In this document: piece after piece, positions 22,024-32,136 of the stretch
How positions within the stretch are numbered: the stretch's first letter is position 1
Layout of the letters: every line of letters begins with the position of its first letter
From: a virus
Taxonomy: Duplodnaviria; Heunggongvirae; Uroviricota; Caudoviricetes
Direction: 5' to 3' (one strand)
Length of the DNA stretch: 54,214 nt
Virus record (IMG/VR): IMGVR_UViG_2513237368_000009
Made by a program: the position numbers and the translations under genes
The notes under the pieces: model-generated
Seen by the model: the letters and a program-made list of their open reading frames with translations, nothing else
What the model was told of the DNA's origin: nothing
Databases searched by the model: none

Positions 22024-23004
22024 TTATTTCGTCATTTTGATCATGCCGTAAACTTTCATTTGCAATACTGAAACACCGAGTTTCTTTTCTGTCAAGAAAC
22101 CATATTGCATATCGTTACGGTCTGTGTTGTCAACTTCTTTAATGACAGATGCGCCTTCCATAACAACACCAACAATTTTTTCATTTTGTGGTAAGATCAG
22201 AAGACTGTTGTCGTCTAAGGCAAATTCATCTTTGTTTACCTTGAATGCCTGTGGAATTTCAAATAATGGAAGACCACTGACTGTTCCAAGGTAGCCAAGT
22301 TCATTTATCTTATCTTTCAATGCGTCTGACAAATCAACTGCTTTAGCAACTCTAGCAAGAGCTAATTTCGTACCATAGATTTGTACTGGTGTACCAGACT
22401 TAACCTGAATACGTTGTGCTAAACTAACCAATGAATCAAGATCAATTGTACCCTCGAATCTATCTGCTGCATTTAACATGCTGTATGAATCTTGCAAAGC
22501 TGTTCCGATAGATGTTTCGATATGTGATGCAAAGCCTTTAGCAACATTGTCAACCAACTTATTCCAGTCAATTTCACCGTTCATGAATTGTTCAAATTCA
22601 GCATATACTGCTGCGCCATACCAATCTGTCTCAACCGTGTATTTCTTGCCTGTGATAGTCTGTCTACGAAGATCTTGTGAACCAGAAGCCACACGTCCTA
22701 CACGTACAATACGTGGATCTTGAACAGTAAATACTGGCTTAGTACCAAGTGCTACGTTACGAACATCTGCCAAGCTATCAAATTGATTTGTTAAAATCTC
22801 TGGAACAATTGCATCAATTGAAACTGAAACAATTTCAAAGATATCCCATTTGTTCTTTTGGAAGTTGTTGTAACTCCATTCCCCGCCAACCTTATCCATG
22901 ATAAGATTTCTTAAAGCATCGTTTCCGCTCACACCTTCAAATTCAAGGTTTTTGTTGTTATATAAATCACGAGCTAAATTCGTTAATCCTTTAATGTCCA
23001 TCAT
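22024..23004 (-). CDS. Major capsid protein
   Basis: 326 aa downstream of protease/scaffold and decoration genes; SPbeta YonB-like size and position. Confidence 0.8.
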   Translation of the reverse strand: MMDIKGLTNLARDLYNNKNLEFEGVSGNDALRNLIMDKVGGEWSYNNFQKNKWDIFEIVSVSIDAIVPEILTNQFDSLADVRNVALGTKPVFTVQDPRIVRVGRVASGSQDLRRQTITGKKYTVETDWYGAAVYAEFEQFMNGEIDWNKLVDNVAKGFASHIETSIGTALQDSYSMLNAADRFEGTIDLDSLVSLAQRIQVKSGTPVQIYGTKLALARVAKAVDLSDALKDKINELGYLGTVSGLPLFEIPQAFKVNKDEFALDDNSLLILPQNEKIVGVVMEGASVIKEVDNTDRNDMQYGFLTEKKLGVSVLQMKVYGMIKMTK

Positions 23005-23024
23005 ATTACCTCTTTCCTGTTTAT

Positions 23025-23480
23025 TTATCTAATTGCAAGAACTGCTACATCGCCGTCAAATCCATGATCTTCAACACCGATTACAAGTGCAATTCCACGT
23101 TCTCCGTCTGCTGCTGCTACAAAACCAGCCCCATTTGGGTTAATTGTTAATTTGTCGCCAGCCGCTACATTATCTGGTACAAGATCTGTCGTTACTGAAA
23201 TAACGTCACCTTTACCAAGATGGAATGCACGACCTGTCTTACCAGCCTTTAGTTTGTATTTTGCTAAGTCCCAATCTGGATAACCATAATCAATTGGTGC
23301 GTCTGCCAAGAATACATCTGCATCAGCTTCCGTTGCTGCTGGAGTTACAATGCGACTTTCTCCATCATCATTTAAAACTCCAAGAGTTAAAAATTGTCCG
23401 TTTGCTAAATCTGTTCCTACCGCCACAACTTGTTCAATGTGTTCTGTAGCTGGAATTTTGTCTAAAAATACTTTTCCCAT
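23025..23480 (-). CDS. Capsid decoration/cement-like protein
   Basis: 151-aa beta-rich, Ala/Gly-rich ORF between scaffold and capsid. Confidence 0.55.
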   Translation of the reverse strand: MGKVFLDKIPATEHIEQVVAVGTDLANGQFLTLGVLNDDGESRIVTPAATEADADVFLADAPIDYGYPDWDLAKYKLKAGKTGRAFHLGKGDVISVTTDLVPDNVAAGDKLTINPNGAGFVAAADGERGIALVIGVEDHGFDGDVAVLAIR

Positions 23481-23497
23481 TCAATACACAACCTTTC

Positions 23498-25021
23498 TTA
23501 TTCTTTGTTTTTGAAATATTTACCAACAGCGCCATATCTACTTGTCTTATCCTTTGGTTTTTCAAAGTTGCGAGCATATATTGCAATATTACTACTATTA
23601 GATTTTTTGTTCTCATTTTGGAAAATTGCATATGCAACTTCTTTTTCAACTTCTTTAGCCGTCAATTTTTCAAATTGAGATTTAATACTTTCAGTTTGCT
23701 CATCACTGAGTTTTGTAAATTGCTCATTCAAGATTTTGTTTTTCTCTGTTGCCTCATAATCTGATCTAAATGTTTCTAAGTCAGATAACTGTTGTCTCAA
23801 ATCAGAGATTTCGTCTCTTGCCTGTTCAATATTTGCTTTCTCATTTGCATCAACGAACATTGAAAATACTTGTGTCTTACTTGATAAGTCAATTGTAATT
23901 TGATCATTATCATCAACTGAATAATTATATTTGATGTAAATGTAACCGTCTGACTCGCTATCATAACTTTGAGTTATAAAGTAGTCACTGTACGTTTCAA
24001 CAATGTAAGACCAATAGTCGTCTGTATCAAGATCATTCAATGCTGAATTAATTCTTGAACGAATATCTTCCTGAGATAATTCAAATTGACTCTTTTCCCT
24101 AGTCTCAGTTTCAGTTTCACCAGATTCTTCTGCTGTTTCTGCTTCATTTTCTGCTGACCCCAAATCTTGTTCTGCTGGCTCTGATGTTTCTTCTGTGTCA
24201 GCATCTCCATCGTTTGTATCGGTTTCTTCTGTTTCTTCATTTTCAGTTTCAGTTTCGGATTCCGTCTCTGTTTCTGCTTCATTTTCTGCTGAATCAGCTA
24301 CTTCGTTTTCCGCTGGTTTGAGCGGTTTTTCCTCAACAGTTTCTTCTTCGCCTGTAACGTTTTTCTTTTCCAATACGTTCACTCCTTTCTCTTGTGAAAA
24401 CTCATAGAACATTTCTTTAAATGTTTCTTTCATTTCCTTTTTGGTAAATACAGTAGAGATTGTCGAACCTGTCATAGCTGGAGTTTTGTTGTCTCCGAGA
24501 ATACATAAACCTGTTATTGTTGCAGATGTGTAAACAACTACACCGTTCTCATTGACACTTCCACGAGCATCGCTTATCTCCATTGATTGTCCCTTCATAT
24601 CTCCTGACTCATTGAAAATATCAATTGCGTCCGAGAATCTAGTCCAAAGATATCCATAACAGGTCAACCATTCTTTCCCACCAGTAGTTTCGATGCAATA
24701 ATCATTGTCTTCTCCGACAAAACCATACGCCTGTGTTTTGAAAGTAACTTCGATGTTGCCATCTTCTTCTAGTTTGTAATTTTTTTCATGTCCGCCAAAA
24801 TCACTTTCATCAGAATTATCCTTGTTGATATATCCTATAATTGGAACATATGGTAATGTTTTTGCCATTTCTAGCAATGTTTCCTTTGAAAATATCGAAT
24901 TATTTAAGTTTTCACCTGTGTGGGCTATATAAATCTTTACTTTCTTGAATCTTGAATCTTTGTCCATTTCATCTTCGATTTGCTCAAAGTGAATTGGTAA
25001 TTTAACACGCTTAACATTCAT
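23498..25021 (-). CDS. Prohead protease-scaffold fusion (SPbeta YonD-like)
   Basis: N-terminal IAHTGENLNNS...FGGHE...GQSMEI...GLCILG protease-like domain, acidic linker, coiled-coil C-terminus. Confidence 0.75.
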   Translation of the reverse strand: MNVKRVKLPIHFEQIEDEMDKDSRFKKVKIYIAHTGENLNNSIFSKETLLEMAKTLPYVPIIGYINKDNSDESDFGGHEKNYKLEEDGNIEVTFKTQAYGFVGEDNDYCIETTGGKEWLTCYGYLWTRFSDAIDIFNESGDMKGQSMEISDARGSVNENGVVVYTSATITGLCILGDNKTPAMTGSTISTVFTKKEMKETFKEMFYEFSQEKGVNVLEKKNVTGEEETVEEKPLKPAENEVADSAENEAETETESETETENEETEETDTNDGDADTEETSEPAEQDLGSAENEAETAEESGETETETREKSQFELSQEDIRSRINSALNDLDTDDYWSYIVETYSDYFITQSYDSESDGYIYIKYNYSVDDNDQITIDLSSKTQVFSMFVDANEKANIEQARDEISDLRQQLSDLETFRSDYEATEKNKILNEQFTKLSDEQTESIKSQFEKLTAKEVEKEVAYAIFQNENKKSNSSNIAIYARNFEKPKDKTSRYGAVGKYFKNKE

Positions 25022-25049
25022 GTTTTGTTATCACCACCTTACGAATTTT

Positions 25050-26549
25050 TTAATCTAATCTATCAGTATCATCCGTAGGTTCATCAGTCTCAGGTCTACC
25101 CTTGGTATTTGTATTATTTTGTTGGCTACCCGATAACGTATTTGAAGTAGGTTTGACAACCATAAGATCATCAATATCAAGAACATTTTGTTCAAACTGT
25201 AGTTTAGATATAATTTCAATAGGTTCTAATCCGCAAGCTGCTAAATATTCCAATCTTGAACCGCCTAGAGTTAATTGATCCTTTAGGAAGGATAAGTCGT
25301 CTTTAAGCGTTGCGTTAGATTGTCTTATTAACTTAAATCTCCAAGAGACTTTAGATTTAACTTTAATAGTTTGTAAAAGCATGTTATAATAGTTTTCTAA
25401 CATGGGGAATACTGTGCTATAAAGCCAATTAGCGTCTTTTCTTTCAGATTCTTTAACAATATTTGCAGATGTTGTAGACCCACCAAACATTCCTTCTGAC
25501 ACGCCAGTATCGTAGAATATTTGCTTTGAACTCTTGTTCAACGTGTCATATGCGCTTGTAACACCACCACCAACCATTGATACATTTGTTAGGTTATTTG
25601 GAGATGTTACAGCAACAACACCTGAAGGCAATCTATTTCTTATTTGTGCGTCATAGATTTTTGCCGTTTTAACATCCATTGTTGGTTTTCCATCACTATT
25701 CAAAGGTATCTTTGAATGTATAATACGGATATTATCAATGGTATCTTGTACTTCCACATTACTTTTTGCTTGATCCATTGAAACACTATCAAGTAACAAG
25801 CCAGAGAAAGGAGATATCGCTTTACCACCATTGTTAAGTGCCCCAAGGTCGATTGTAAAAGCTACTCCATTGTCTGATAGTTTGTAAAACTTACCATTAT
25901 ACCAACTGTCTGGTTCTGACGTATTACTCGAAACATATGAGTTGTATGCAGTAGATATTTCACTAGGCATACCCACAATTGTATCTTCCGTAAACTTACT
26001 CATATCTAACATGAATTTAAATACGCCATTGCTTTGACCGTATATCTCACACCATTCTGATGGAAACTCCATATATTCAACGCCGTTTGTATCTTGTATT
26101 AAATAGAAATAACTAACGCCGTTTATAAACATTTCCTTTAAGAAATACGGAACGAAATATTTTAAATTAAATTGTGAAAAACTATATCCAACATCGACAT
26201 AGTCATTTGACAAAGTATCATCTAGATCATATTGCTTATTACCCAAGACAGGATAAAGTGAATAATTACATGTTGGAATCGACAAATAATAGTCTATAAT
26301 TCTAGTAATTAACCCATTGGCATTGTAGGCATTACGCATTGTAGCTGCGATAGCATCTACGTTATTCTTAGGATTCTTTAAATAAGTTAGAATATTTGTT
26401 TTGCTAGTGGTAGCAGATGTAGTGGACGAAATTCTTGCCCTAGGATCTGCTAAAGCATCAGCAAATTGTAGATTAGACTTTCTTACGTCTCTGACATTAA
26501 GTCTTTGTCTTTTTGTATTCCTGTAATTATTTTGAGCCTTTCTGTTCAA
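25050..26549 (-). CDS. Portal protein
   Basis: 499 aa immediately downstream of TerL. Confidence 0.75.
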   Translation of the reverse strand: MNRKAQNNYRNTKRQRLNVRDVRKSNLQFADALADPRARISSTTSATTSKTNILTYLKNPKNNVDAIAATMRNAYNANGLITRIIDYYLSIPTCNYSLYPVLGNKQYDLDDTLSNDYVDVGYSFSQFNLKYFVPYFLKEMFINGVSYFYLIQDTNGVEYMEFPSEWCEIYGQSNGVFKFMLDMSKFTEDTIVGMPSEISTAYNSYVSSNTSEPDSWYNGKFYKLSDNGVAFTIDLGALNNGGKAISPFSGLLLDSVSMDQAKSNVEVQDTIDNIRIIHSKIPLNSDGKPTMDVKTAKIYDAQIRNRLPSGVVAVTSPNNLTNVSMVGGGVTSAYDTLNKSSKQIFYDTGVSEGMFGGSTTSANIVKESERKDANWLYSTVFPMLENYYNMLLQTIKVKSKVSWRFKLIRQSNATLKDDLSFLKDQLTLGGSRLEYLAACGLEPIEIISKLQFEQNVLDIDDLMVVKPTSNTLSGSQQNNTNTKGRPETDEPTDDTDRLD

Positions 26550-26560
26550 TCTTTCTCACC

Positions 26561-28342
26561 TCACCCCATCATAAAGTATTTCAACAACTCCTGATCGGAG
26601 TAGTCGTCTTTAAGTTTCTTTTCTAGTTCGTCTGCATAATAATTTCCATATGCTATCGAACTGTATCTATCTTTTGTGGTCGTTCCAACTTCATGAATTT
26701 TAATAAGTCCACCATCTCTAACTTCATACTCTAAGTTGACTAATTCATTAACCAATGCAGTTGCCTGTTGATAGGCATATAACAACTTCTGTTGTTCTTC
26801 TGGCGATTTCTTAACAAAACCACCCTCTGAAACGAACTCACTTCGTTTCTCAATATCATTCATGGGTAATCTTAGTTTCCCATTTTCAATGTTAGACTTT
26901 AATTGAACTGCTATTTTATGGTTAAACTGTGCATTAGCCTTGACGGTATATACAATTTTAATTCCGTCAGCCTTGTTTCTTTCGTTAGTGGCTTCATCAT
27001 TTATACATGACCAAGCTGGATATTCCACATCACGCTTACTATCATATAAAACACGACAACAAGCATCGAAAACACCAAGTCCATTACCATTTGCATCCAT
27101 TACTACATAGTCTGCTTCAAAATCGTAATATAACTGTTTCATTCTAATTGCTAACTCTTCCGTAGCAATTGATTTCTGAATGCTTTCAAGATAGACAACA
27201 TCACGTCTGTAACTATCTCCGTCTTTAATTAATCTTATTAATGTAAAAGCAGAGGTATCATTCTTAACATTTTTGTTACCACCCATTAAAGCTATATCTA
27301 GGGAAATTAATCTTAATTCTGACTTATCAGCTCTTTTAATATTTCCTAAATGCTTTGGGTTAGATTTTTGCTTATTTTCCAAATATTCCGTATCAGTAGG
27401 AGGAATAAATGTTTTGTTGATCGTTCTTATGTTGTTTAAAGGTGTGAGTTTGTAGTACGCTTTATCATTTTCACCTACAAACATAGCTTCATATTCCATG
27501 TTGAAACCTGTCTGATCCATATTGTCATCAGTTCTAATTTGCATAATTCTTTCTTTTGAATTGATTTTATGGTGTGTTGACAATTGATAAGGTAAATCTA
27601 CTACGAAAAAGCTCTGCCCTTTTAACATTTTCTTCAATGAATTATTAAAACTGTCCCATATCCAATGAGATTTATACCATGCAGAAGAGATATAAATTTC
27701 TTTATTTTCCTCTGCTTTAGAGTCTTTATATTCTGGAAGAGACATATAAGCTGGCTGTCTATTAACCTGTAACATAGGCTTTAAAACCTTGTCTATTATG
27801 TCTTTTTTAACCATTCTGAACTCATCAACGATTAGGATATTACAACGCAATCCACGAGAATTATCTGTACTTGTTTCAGCAGATATTCTTGAACCATTCA
27901 AGAACGTTACTTCCGTAACATTCAATGAAGATTTAATGTTTCTAGGATCACCAATCTCAAATCTTATTTCTGGATGGTCGTTATAAAGAGTCTGTATTTT
28001 TTCAGTTATAATTTTCTTTGCTTGCCCTCTTGTTCCAGAAGCTAGAACAATTCTTGTGCCGGGGTATAAAATACATCTGATAATGCAATATATTGCAATA
28101 ATGAATGATTTACCCTGACCACGACTCGCAATATACATAAAATTGTCTACTCTCTCCATCATGAATAATAAAACTTTCTGGAAGAAGAATAGTTTCAGTC
28201 CTAAATAATTCTCTGCGAATTTGTGTGGGTTCTTACGCCAATAACCAACCCATTTCATGAGATTTGCTTCTCTTACACGAAAATACCCATCTTGCTTGGT
28301 TTCGTTCTTTTTCTTATTAAGCTCCATCGTCATATAATTCAT
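26561..28342 (-). CDS. terL: Terminase large subunit
   Basis: Walker A IASRGQGKS, Walker B ILIVDEFR, nuclease SLDIAL...VVMDANGNG...KDRYSS. Confidence 0.92.
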   Translation of the reverse strand: MNYMTMELNKKKNETKQDGYFRVREANLMKWVGYWRKNPHKFAENYLGLKLFFFQKVLLFMMERVDNFMYIASRGQGKSFIIAIYCIIRCILYPGTRIVLASGTRGQAKKIITEKIQTLYNDHPEIRFEIGDPRNIKSSLNVTEVTFLNGSRISAETSTDNSRGLRCNILIVDEFRMVKKDIIDKVLKPMLQVNRQPAYMSLPEYKDSKAEENKEIYISSAWYKSHWIWDSFNNSLKKMLKGQSFFVVDLPYQLSTHHKINSKERIMQIRTDDNMDQTGFNMEYEAMFVGENDKAYYKLTPLNNIRTINKTFIPPTDTEYLENKQKSNPKHLGNIKRADKSELRLISLDIALMGGNKNVKNDTSAFTLIRLIKDGDSYRRDVVYLESIQKSIATEELAIRMKQLYYDFEADYVVMDANGNGLGVFDACCRVLYDSKRDVEYPAWSCINDEATNERNKADGIKIVYTVKANAQFNHKIAVQLKSNIENGKLRLPMNDIEKRSEFVSEGGFVKKSPEEQQKLLYAYQQATALVNELVNLEYEVRDGGLIKIHEVGTTTKDRYSSIAYGNYYADELEKKLKDDYSDQELLKYFMMG

Positions 28343-29105
28343 TTACCTCACTTTCATCGGCAAGTCCGAATACTCGTTTCATTGGTATAACAAACCATTT
28401 TGATATATATTCCTTAATATTGTCTACGTCTTCCAAGCTCTTCTTTTCTGGAATTGGTTCGTTATTTTCCCAATCCTTAATTCTCTGACCAAGAGTTTTC
28501 ATTCCGTCATCTGCTGCATTTAAGACAGAATCAAGACCTAAATCTTTCAAGTCTTCAGAATATGATTTTCTTAATTTTTGAATTGCATTAGAATCACCTA
28601 GTTTAAGACTTTGGTCTAATGCAGTTTGTAATTTGACATTTTGGATATATCTCATTAACTCAAACTGTGTATTAGGAGTCTTGATATTAGTCAATCTCTT
28701 TAATGACAATTCAAAATTATAATACTCATCTTGTTGATATCCAGCGCCCCACTTTTGTTCTATTTCATCCGTAACCTGAAAGTCGTTTTGTTTATCGACC
28801 TGATTTACTACTTCAAATTCTGAATCAAGGAACGTAACGTATTTTTTGGAAGGGGCAATCTTTTTAAGATAATCTGTAAACAGTTTTCCATCGTCAAATA
28901 CTTCTTTAACCATAGAATCGACATAGGGAATATTCATCAGTTGACAAAGAGAAATTAATTCATCTTTATGCTCTGGCTTTCCTATGTCGTTTGCACAATC
29001 TGTACAGATTACAGCATCATCATTTAACAAAAGATTCTTATGCTTGACGATTTGTCGTACTCTTTTAATTTTCCCACATATAACACATTGCAATGTTTTA
29101 GCCAC
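28317..29105 (-). CDS. Putative terminase small subunit-like protein with an N-terminal zinc ribbon
   Basis: CxxC...CxxC...C motifs, directly upstream of and overlapping terL. Probable GTG start at 29105. Confidence 0.5.
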   Translation of the reverse strand: MAKTLQCVICGKIKRVRQIVKHKNLLLNDDAVICTDCANDIGKPEHKDELISLCQLMNIPYVDSMVKEVFDDGKLFTDYLKKIAPSKKYVTFLDSEFEVVNQVDKQNDFQVTDEIEQKWGAGYQQDEYYNFELSLKRLTNIKTPNTQFELMRYIQNVKLQTALDQSLKLGDSNAIQKLRKSYSEDLKDLGLDSVLNAADDGMKTLGQRIKDWENNEPIPEKKSLEDVDNIKEYISKWFVIPMKRVFGLADESEVNELYDDGA

Positions 29106-29307
29106 TTTGTACCACCCCACTTCTTTCGAGTGATTCAATTCTTTCTAAAGCATTTGCTAGGTTTCTTAGAGAGCTTGAATATCTCTCTAGATCCGCCATA
29201 TCGTGAATGTCAAGTTTGTTTTTCTGAGCTTTCCCATTTTCTGTAATTTTCTCAATTTGCCCCTCGACAAACACAATTTGATTGTAAATTCTATCTGAAA
29301 TTCTCAC
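29098..29307 (-). CDS. Small hypothetical coiled-coil protein
   Basis: 69 aa, GTG start with AGGTGAG RBS. Confidence 0.5.
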   Translation of the reverse strand: MRISDRIYNQIVFVEGQIEKITENGKAQKNKLDIHDMADLERYSSSLRNLANALERIESLERSGVVQSG

Positions 29308-29634
29308 TCTCTCACCTACTTTGTTCGTTTAATACAATTAAAACAACAGTCAATCTTTAAATAATAAAAATAATGTATTGACAATCTTTGTTTATTTAAA
29401 GGAGGCGATTGTCTACATAAACGAATGTGGTCTATTTTGATTGACTGCTGTTCTAATTGCATTAAACTTCGTTAAAAACACATGCAATTAGACGTATACC
29501 CTTAAACCAATCCAATGTATACGGGGATTTTTCTTGAAATTAATCAATGGACATTAAGCTAGTTTGTGGAGTCATAAACTCCGTTGTCTAAATTAATAGA
29601 ATAATGGGTTATGCGACCCTAGTAACGCGTCTTA

Positions 29635-29910
29635 TTAGACTAATAATTTGCTGAATTTTGCTTTAACTGTGTATTTATCTGGCACATCAACTGTTTCACC
29701 TGTAAGGTTACTTACTCGTTTGTGTGCTTTCTTGAACTTAACTCCGAATGTAGCAAAGTTACGAATACTTAGGTCTTTATGTTCTGACAGAACCGTTGTG
29801 ATACCTTCAACAACATGATCTAATTGTTTTTCTGCCTCAACCTTTGTGATACCATTCTGTTCTGCGATGATATCGACTAAATCTTTCTTTGTTGCTCTTT
29901 CTTTTGCCAT
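29635..29910 (-). CDS. hup: HU-like DNA-binding protein
   Basis: TKKDLVDIIAEQNGITK...LSIRNFATF...TGETVDVP...VKAKFSK is an HU/IHF family signature. Confidence 0.9.
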   Translation of the reverse strand: MAKERATKKDLVDIIAEQNGITKVEAEKQLDHVVEGITTVLSEHKDLSIRNFATFGVKFKKAHKRVSNLTGETVDVPDKYTVKAKFSKLLV

Positions 29911-30110
29911 TTCTCACTCACTCTCACTTTCTAAAATGTTAATATTACTACTATTGGTGCGAAAAAATAAAAGAGATGTCCCTTTCTTATCCACATAAGT
30001 TCGATATTCATCATATCGAACAACAGGTGTAACGCAAAGTTATTTATTTTTAAATCTCATAGCCCGAAAACTATGTACGAGGTTAATACCCCTTCACTTG
30101 TTATGCAGTG

Positions 30111-30758
30111 TTACTTTTGATTATTCAACCATTTTATCGACTTTTTACAAACATTTTTCAAAATTTTATACACATTTTGAAATGAAGTCTGAGATTTGAT
30201 AGCAACTTCTTTTGCACTCGTCTTTCCATCGAACATTTTGACTATTTCCTTTTCTCTATCCGTACAGTTGCTCATAATCTCTCCCCAGAGCCAAGAAATT
30301 CCACCTCTGATGTCGTCTGACACCGTTCGAGTATAATTACACCCAGAGACAATAAAACGTCTAATATCGTCCTCTGATAGCTTCTCAGGATTGAATAAAC
30401 GCTTAATGTAATTAATGTCAATATTACTACTATCAAATTTAGAATTACTCTCAATAGTTTCTAATTCATTGTTAGTCATATTTACTGCGTTTCGACCTAT
30501 TGCAAAGTTATTTCTGTAATCACGTTCACTTCTGTAATAGGTTTCCTCTATTCTCCGTCCACTTTTGATATCTTGGCTTTCGAGAAAGTAATTTGTAATG
30601 TTGTCTAAGTGTTCCCCTAGCGGAGTACCTTCTAAACTATTCCCATTATCAATCATTTTTCTAACATTCTTGTTTATCTCGATTTGATCAATCGTATTCT
30701 TGATATGTTTACCTCGTTCAATAATCGTCTTTTTATTCTTGTTAAAAATTTCAGCCAT
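30111..30758 (-). CDS. Putative late transcription regulator with a C-terminal sigma70-region-4-like HTH
   Basis: C-terminus CTDREKEIVKMFDGKTSAKEVAIKSQTSFQNVYKILK. Heads the late arm. Confidence 0.55.
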   Translation of the reverse strand: MAEIFNKNKKTIIERGKHIKNTIDQIEINKNVRKMIDNGNSLEGTPLGEHLDNITNYFLESQDIKSGRRIEETYYRSERDYRNNFAIGRNAVNMTNNELETIESNSKFDSSNIDINYIKRLFNPEKLSEDDIRRFIVSGCNYTRTVSDDIRGGISWLWGEIMSNCTDREKEIVKMFDGKTSAKEVAIKSQTSFQNVYKILKNVCKKSIKWLNNQK

Positions 30759-30933
30759 ATTTTAATTGATTCCCCCATTTTAAAATTTCGTAATTTTGAA
30801 TATCTGTCGTGAGATTGAAAAAGTTAAAAAGTTAGAACAAAAGAGAGAGAATATTTTCGTTTCGATGAGAAACGTCAATATATCTTCTATTACTAAAACT
30901 CTTATATATACTAACTCTTCTTAGTATTGCCCA

Positions 30934-31052
30934 TATTTTTCACTTTTTTGGTAACTATTTGAGTGTTCTGAATAGATTTGTTTACTTTTTTGGCAGATAT
31001 TTGAATGTTATACCATATGTTTGTTTACTTTTTTGGCAGATATTTGAATGTT
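30934..31052. repeat. Three ~43-bp-spaced direct repeats
   Basis: TTTGTTTACTTTTTTGGCAGATATTTGAATGTT is identical at 30977-31009 and 31020-31052; a degenerate copy lies at ~30934-30966. Confidence 0.85.
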
Positions 31053-31094
31053 GCTTTTCTTATTATTTACATAAAAAAAGTAAATATTTTTATA

Positions 31095-31961
31095 TTATAC
31101 CAGCATTTTTAATATTTCCTGATTAATTTTCTCTGGGTTATCGACTACCACTCCCTCTGAAACATAATTAATTCGATTATCTATCCATGCTCTAATCATA
31201 AATCGTTCTAATCCATATGCTTCGCTATATAAACTGTAATAATTTTTCTTAACACCTTGTCTATGACTCAAATTGGCTTTTATAGTCGAGATTATGCAAT
31301 TATCTGTGAGCCATCTTCTAGCTGTAAAGAATGTACCAGTGCTAAGTTTACTTCTATCTTCCAATAAAGAGGCACTTGCATAAACTATTCCAGAGTCTTC
31401 ATTTAGATTACTCTTGTCTTCGTACAATGTTGATTTAATTGCTGCATATGCTGATATAACAGAAAATACTTTTGGAGAATTTAAGTCTCCTGTTATTTTG
31501 TATATATCTTCTGTATATACTTTTGAAAAGTCTTTTGAATAATCTTCAAAAGAAAGATCATAAAATTCACTTTTACCGCTCATCCATTTTTTGACAATTT
31601 TTATATATCCATTGTCTATTAGTTCTTGAAAGTACCCATCAATTTCCTTCTTCATAAATTTACTTAGTCCAAATCTACCAGCAATGATTTTTGAATTAAA
31701 ATCAAGATATTTCCAACCATGAGCGTTGGCGGATAAATAGGTATAAAGTGCCAATGATTGACTCCTTATACTTTTGTCATCGAACATACTGGTGGGAACT
31801 TTGCCAAATTTTCCTGAGAATTTTATTCCTTCTTGTTTTTTAGCACGATGCAATATCTTATACTGCTCACGTTTCTCTTCTTTGCTCAAATGTGTTTTGT
31901 TGAGTACATCAATAAACTTCGTATCTAGCCTATTGATCTTTTCCTTCTCCATTGTTACCAT
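31095..31961 (-). CDS. Winged-helix DNA-binding protein, possible replication initiator
   Basis: KVPTSMFDD...LALYTYLS...FQELIDNGYI resembles the HTH N-termini of phage replication proteins; adjacent to the direct repeats. Confidence 0.5.
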   Translation of the reverse strand: MVTMEKEKINRLDTKFIDVLNKTHLSKEEKREQYKILHRAKKQEGIKFSGKFGKVPTSMFDDKSIRSQSLALYTYLSANAHGWKYLDFNSKIIAGRFGLSKFMKKEIDGYFQELIDNGYIKIVKKWMSGKSEFYDLSFEDYSKDFSKVYTEDIYKITGDLNSPKVFSVISAYAAIKSTLYEDKSNLNEDSGIVYASASLLEDRSKLSTGTFFTARRWLTDNCIISTIKANLSHRQGVKKNYYSLYSEAYGLERFMIRAWIDNRINYVSEGVVVDNPEKINQEILKMLV

Positions 31962-32000
31962 TCCTCTCGTTTATGTTATCTCCTTTGAATTGAACATAGT

Positions 32001-32103
32001 AATAGTATACATATCACAATAATATTTGTAAATATAATACTCAAATATTGACAAATATTGGCAAATAACATATTTTAATAGTATACATATTGCAATAATA
32101 TTT
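32001..32103. repeat. 27-bp direct repeat pair in a divergent intergenic region
   Basis: AATAGTATACATATYRCAATAATATTT at 32001-32027 and 32077-32103 (25/27 identical). Confidence 0.8.
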
Positions 32104-32136
32104 TATAAATGCTAAAATGTAGTTATAAAAGGAGGA

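Noticed and set aside
29999-30021. Possible LexA (SOS) box upstream of HU
   Set aside because: GTTCGATAT-N5-ATATCGAAC has the half-sites in the wrong order and spacing versus CGAAC-N4-GTTCG; probably just a hairpin.
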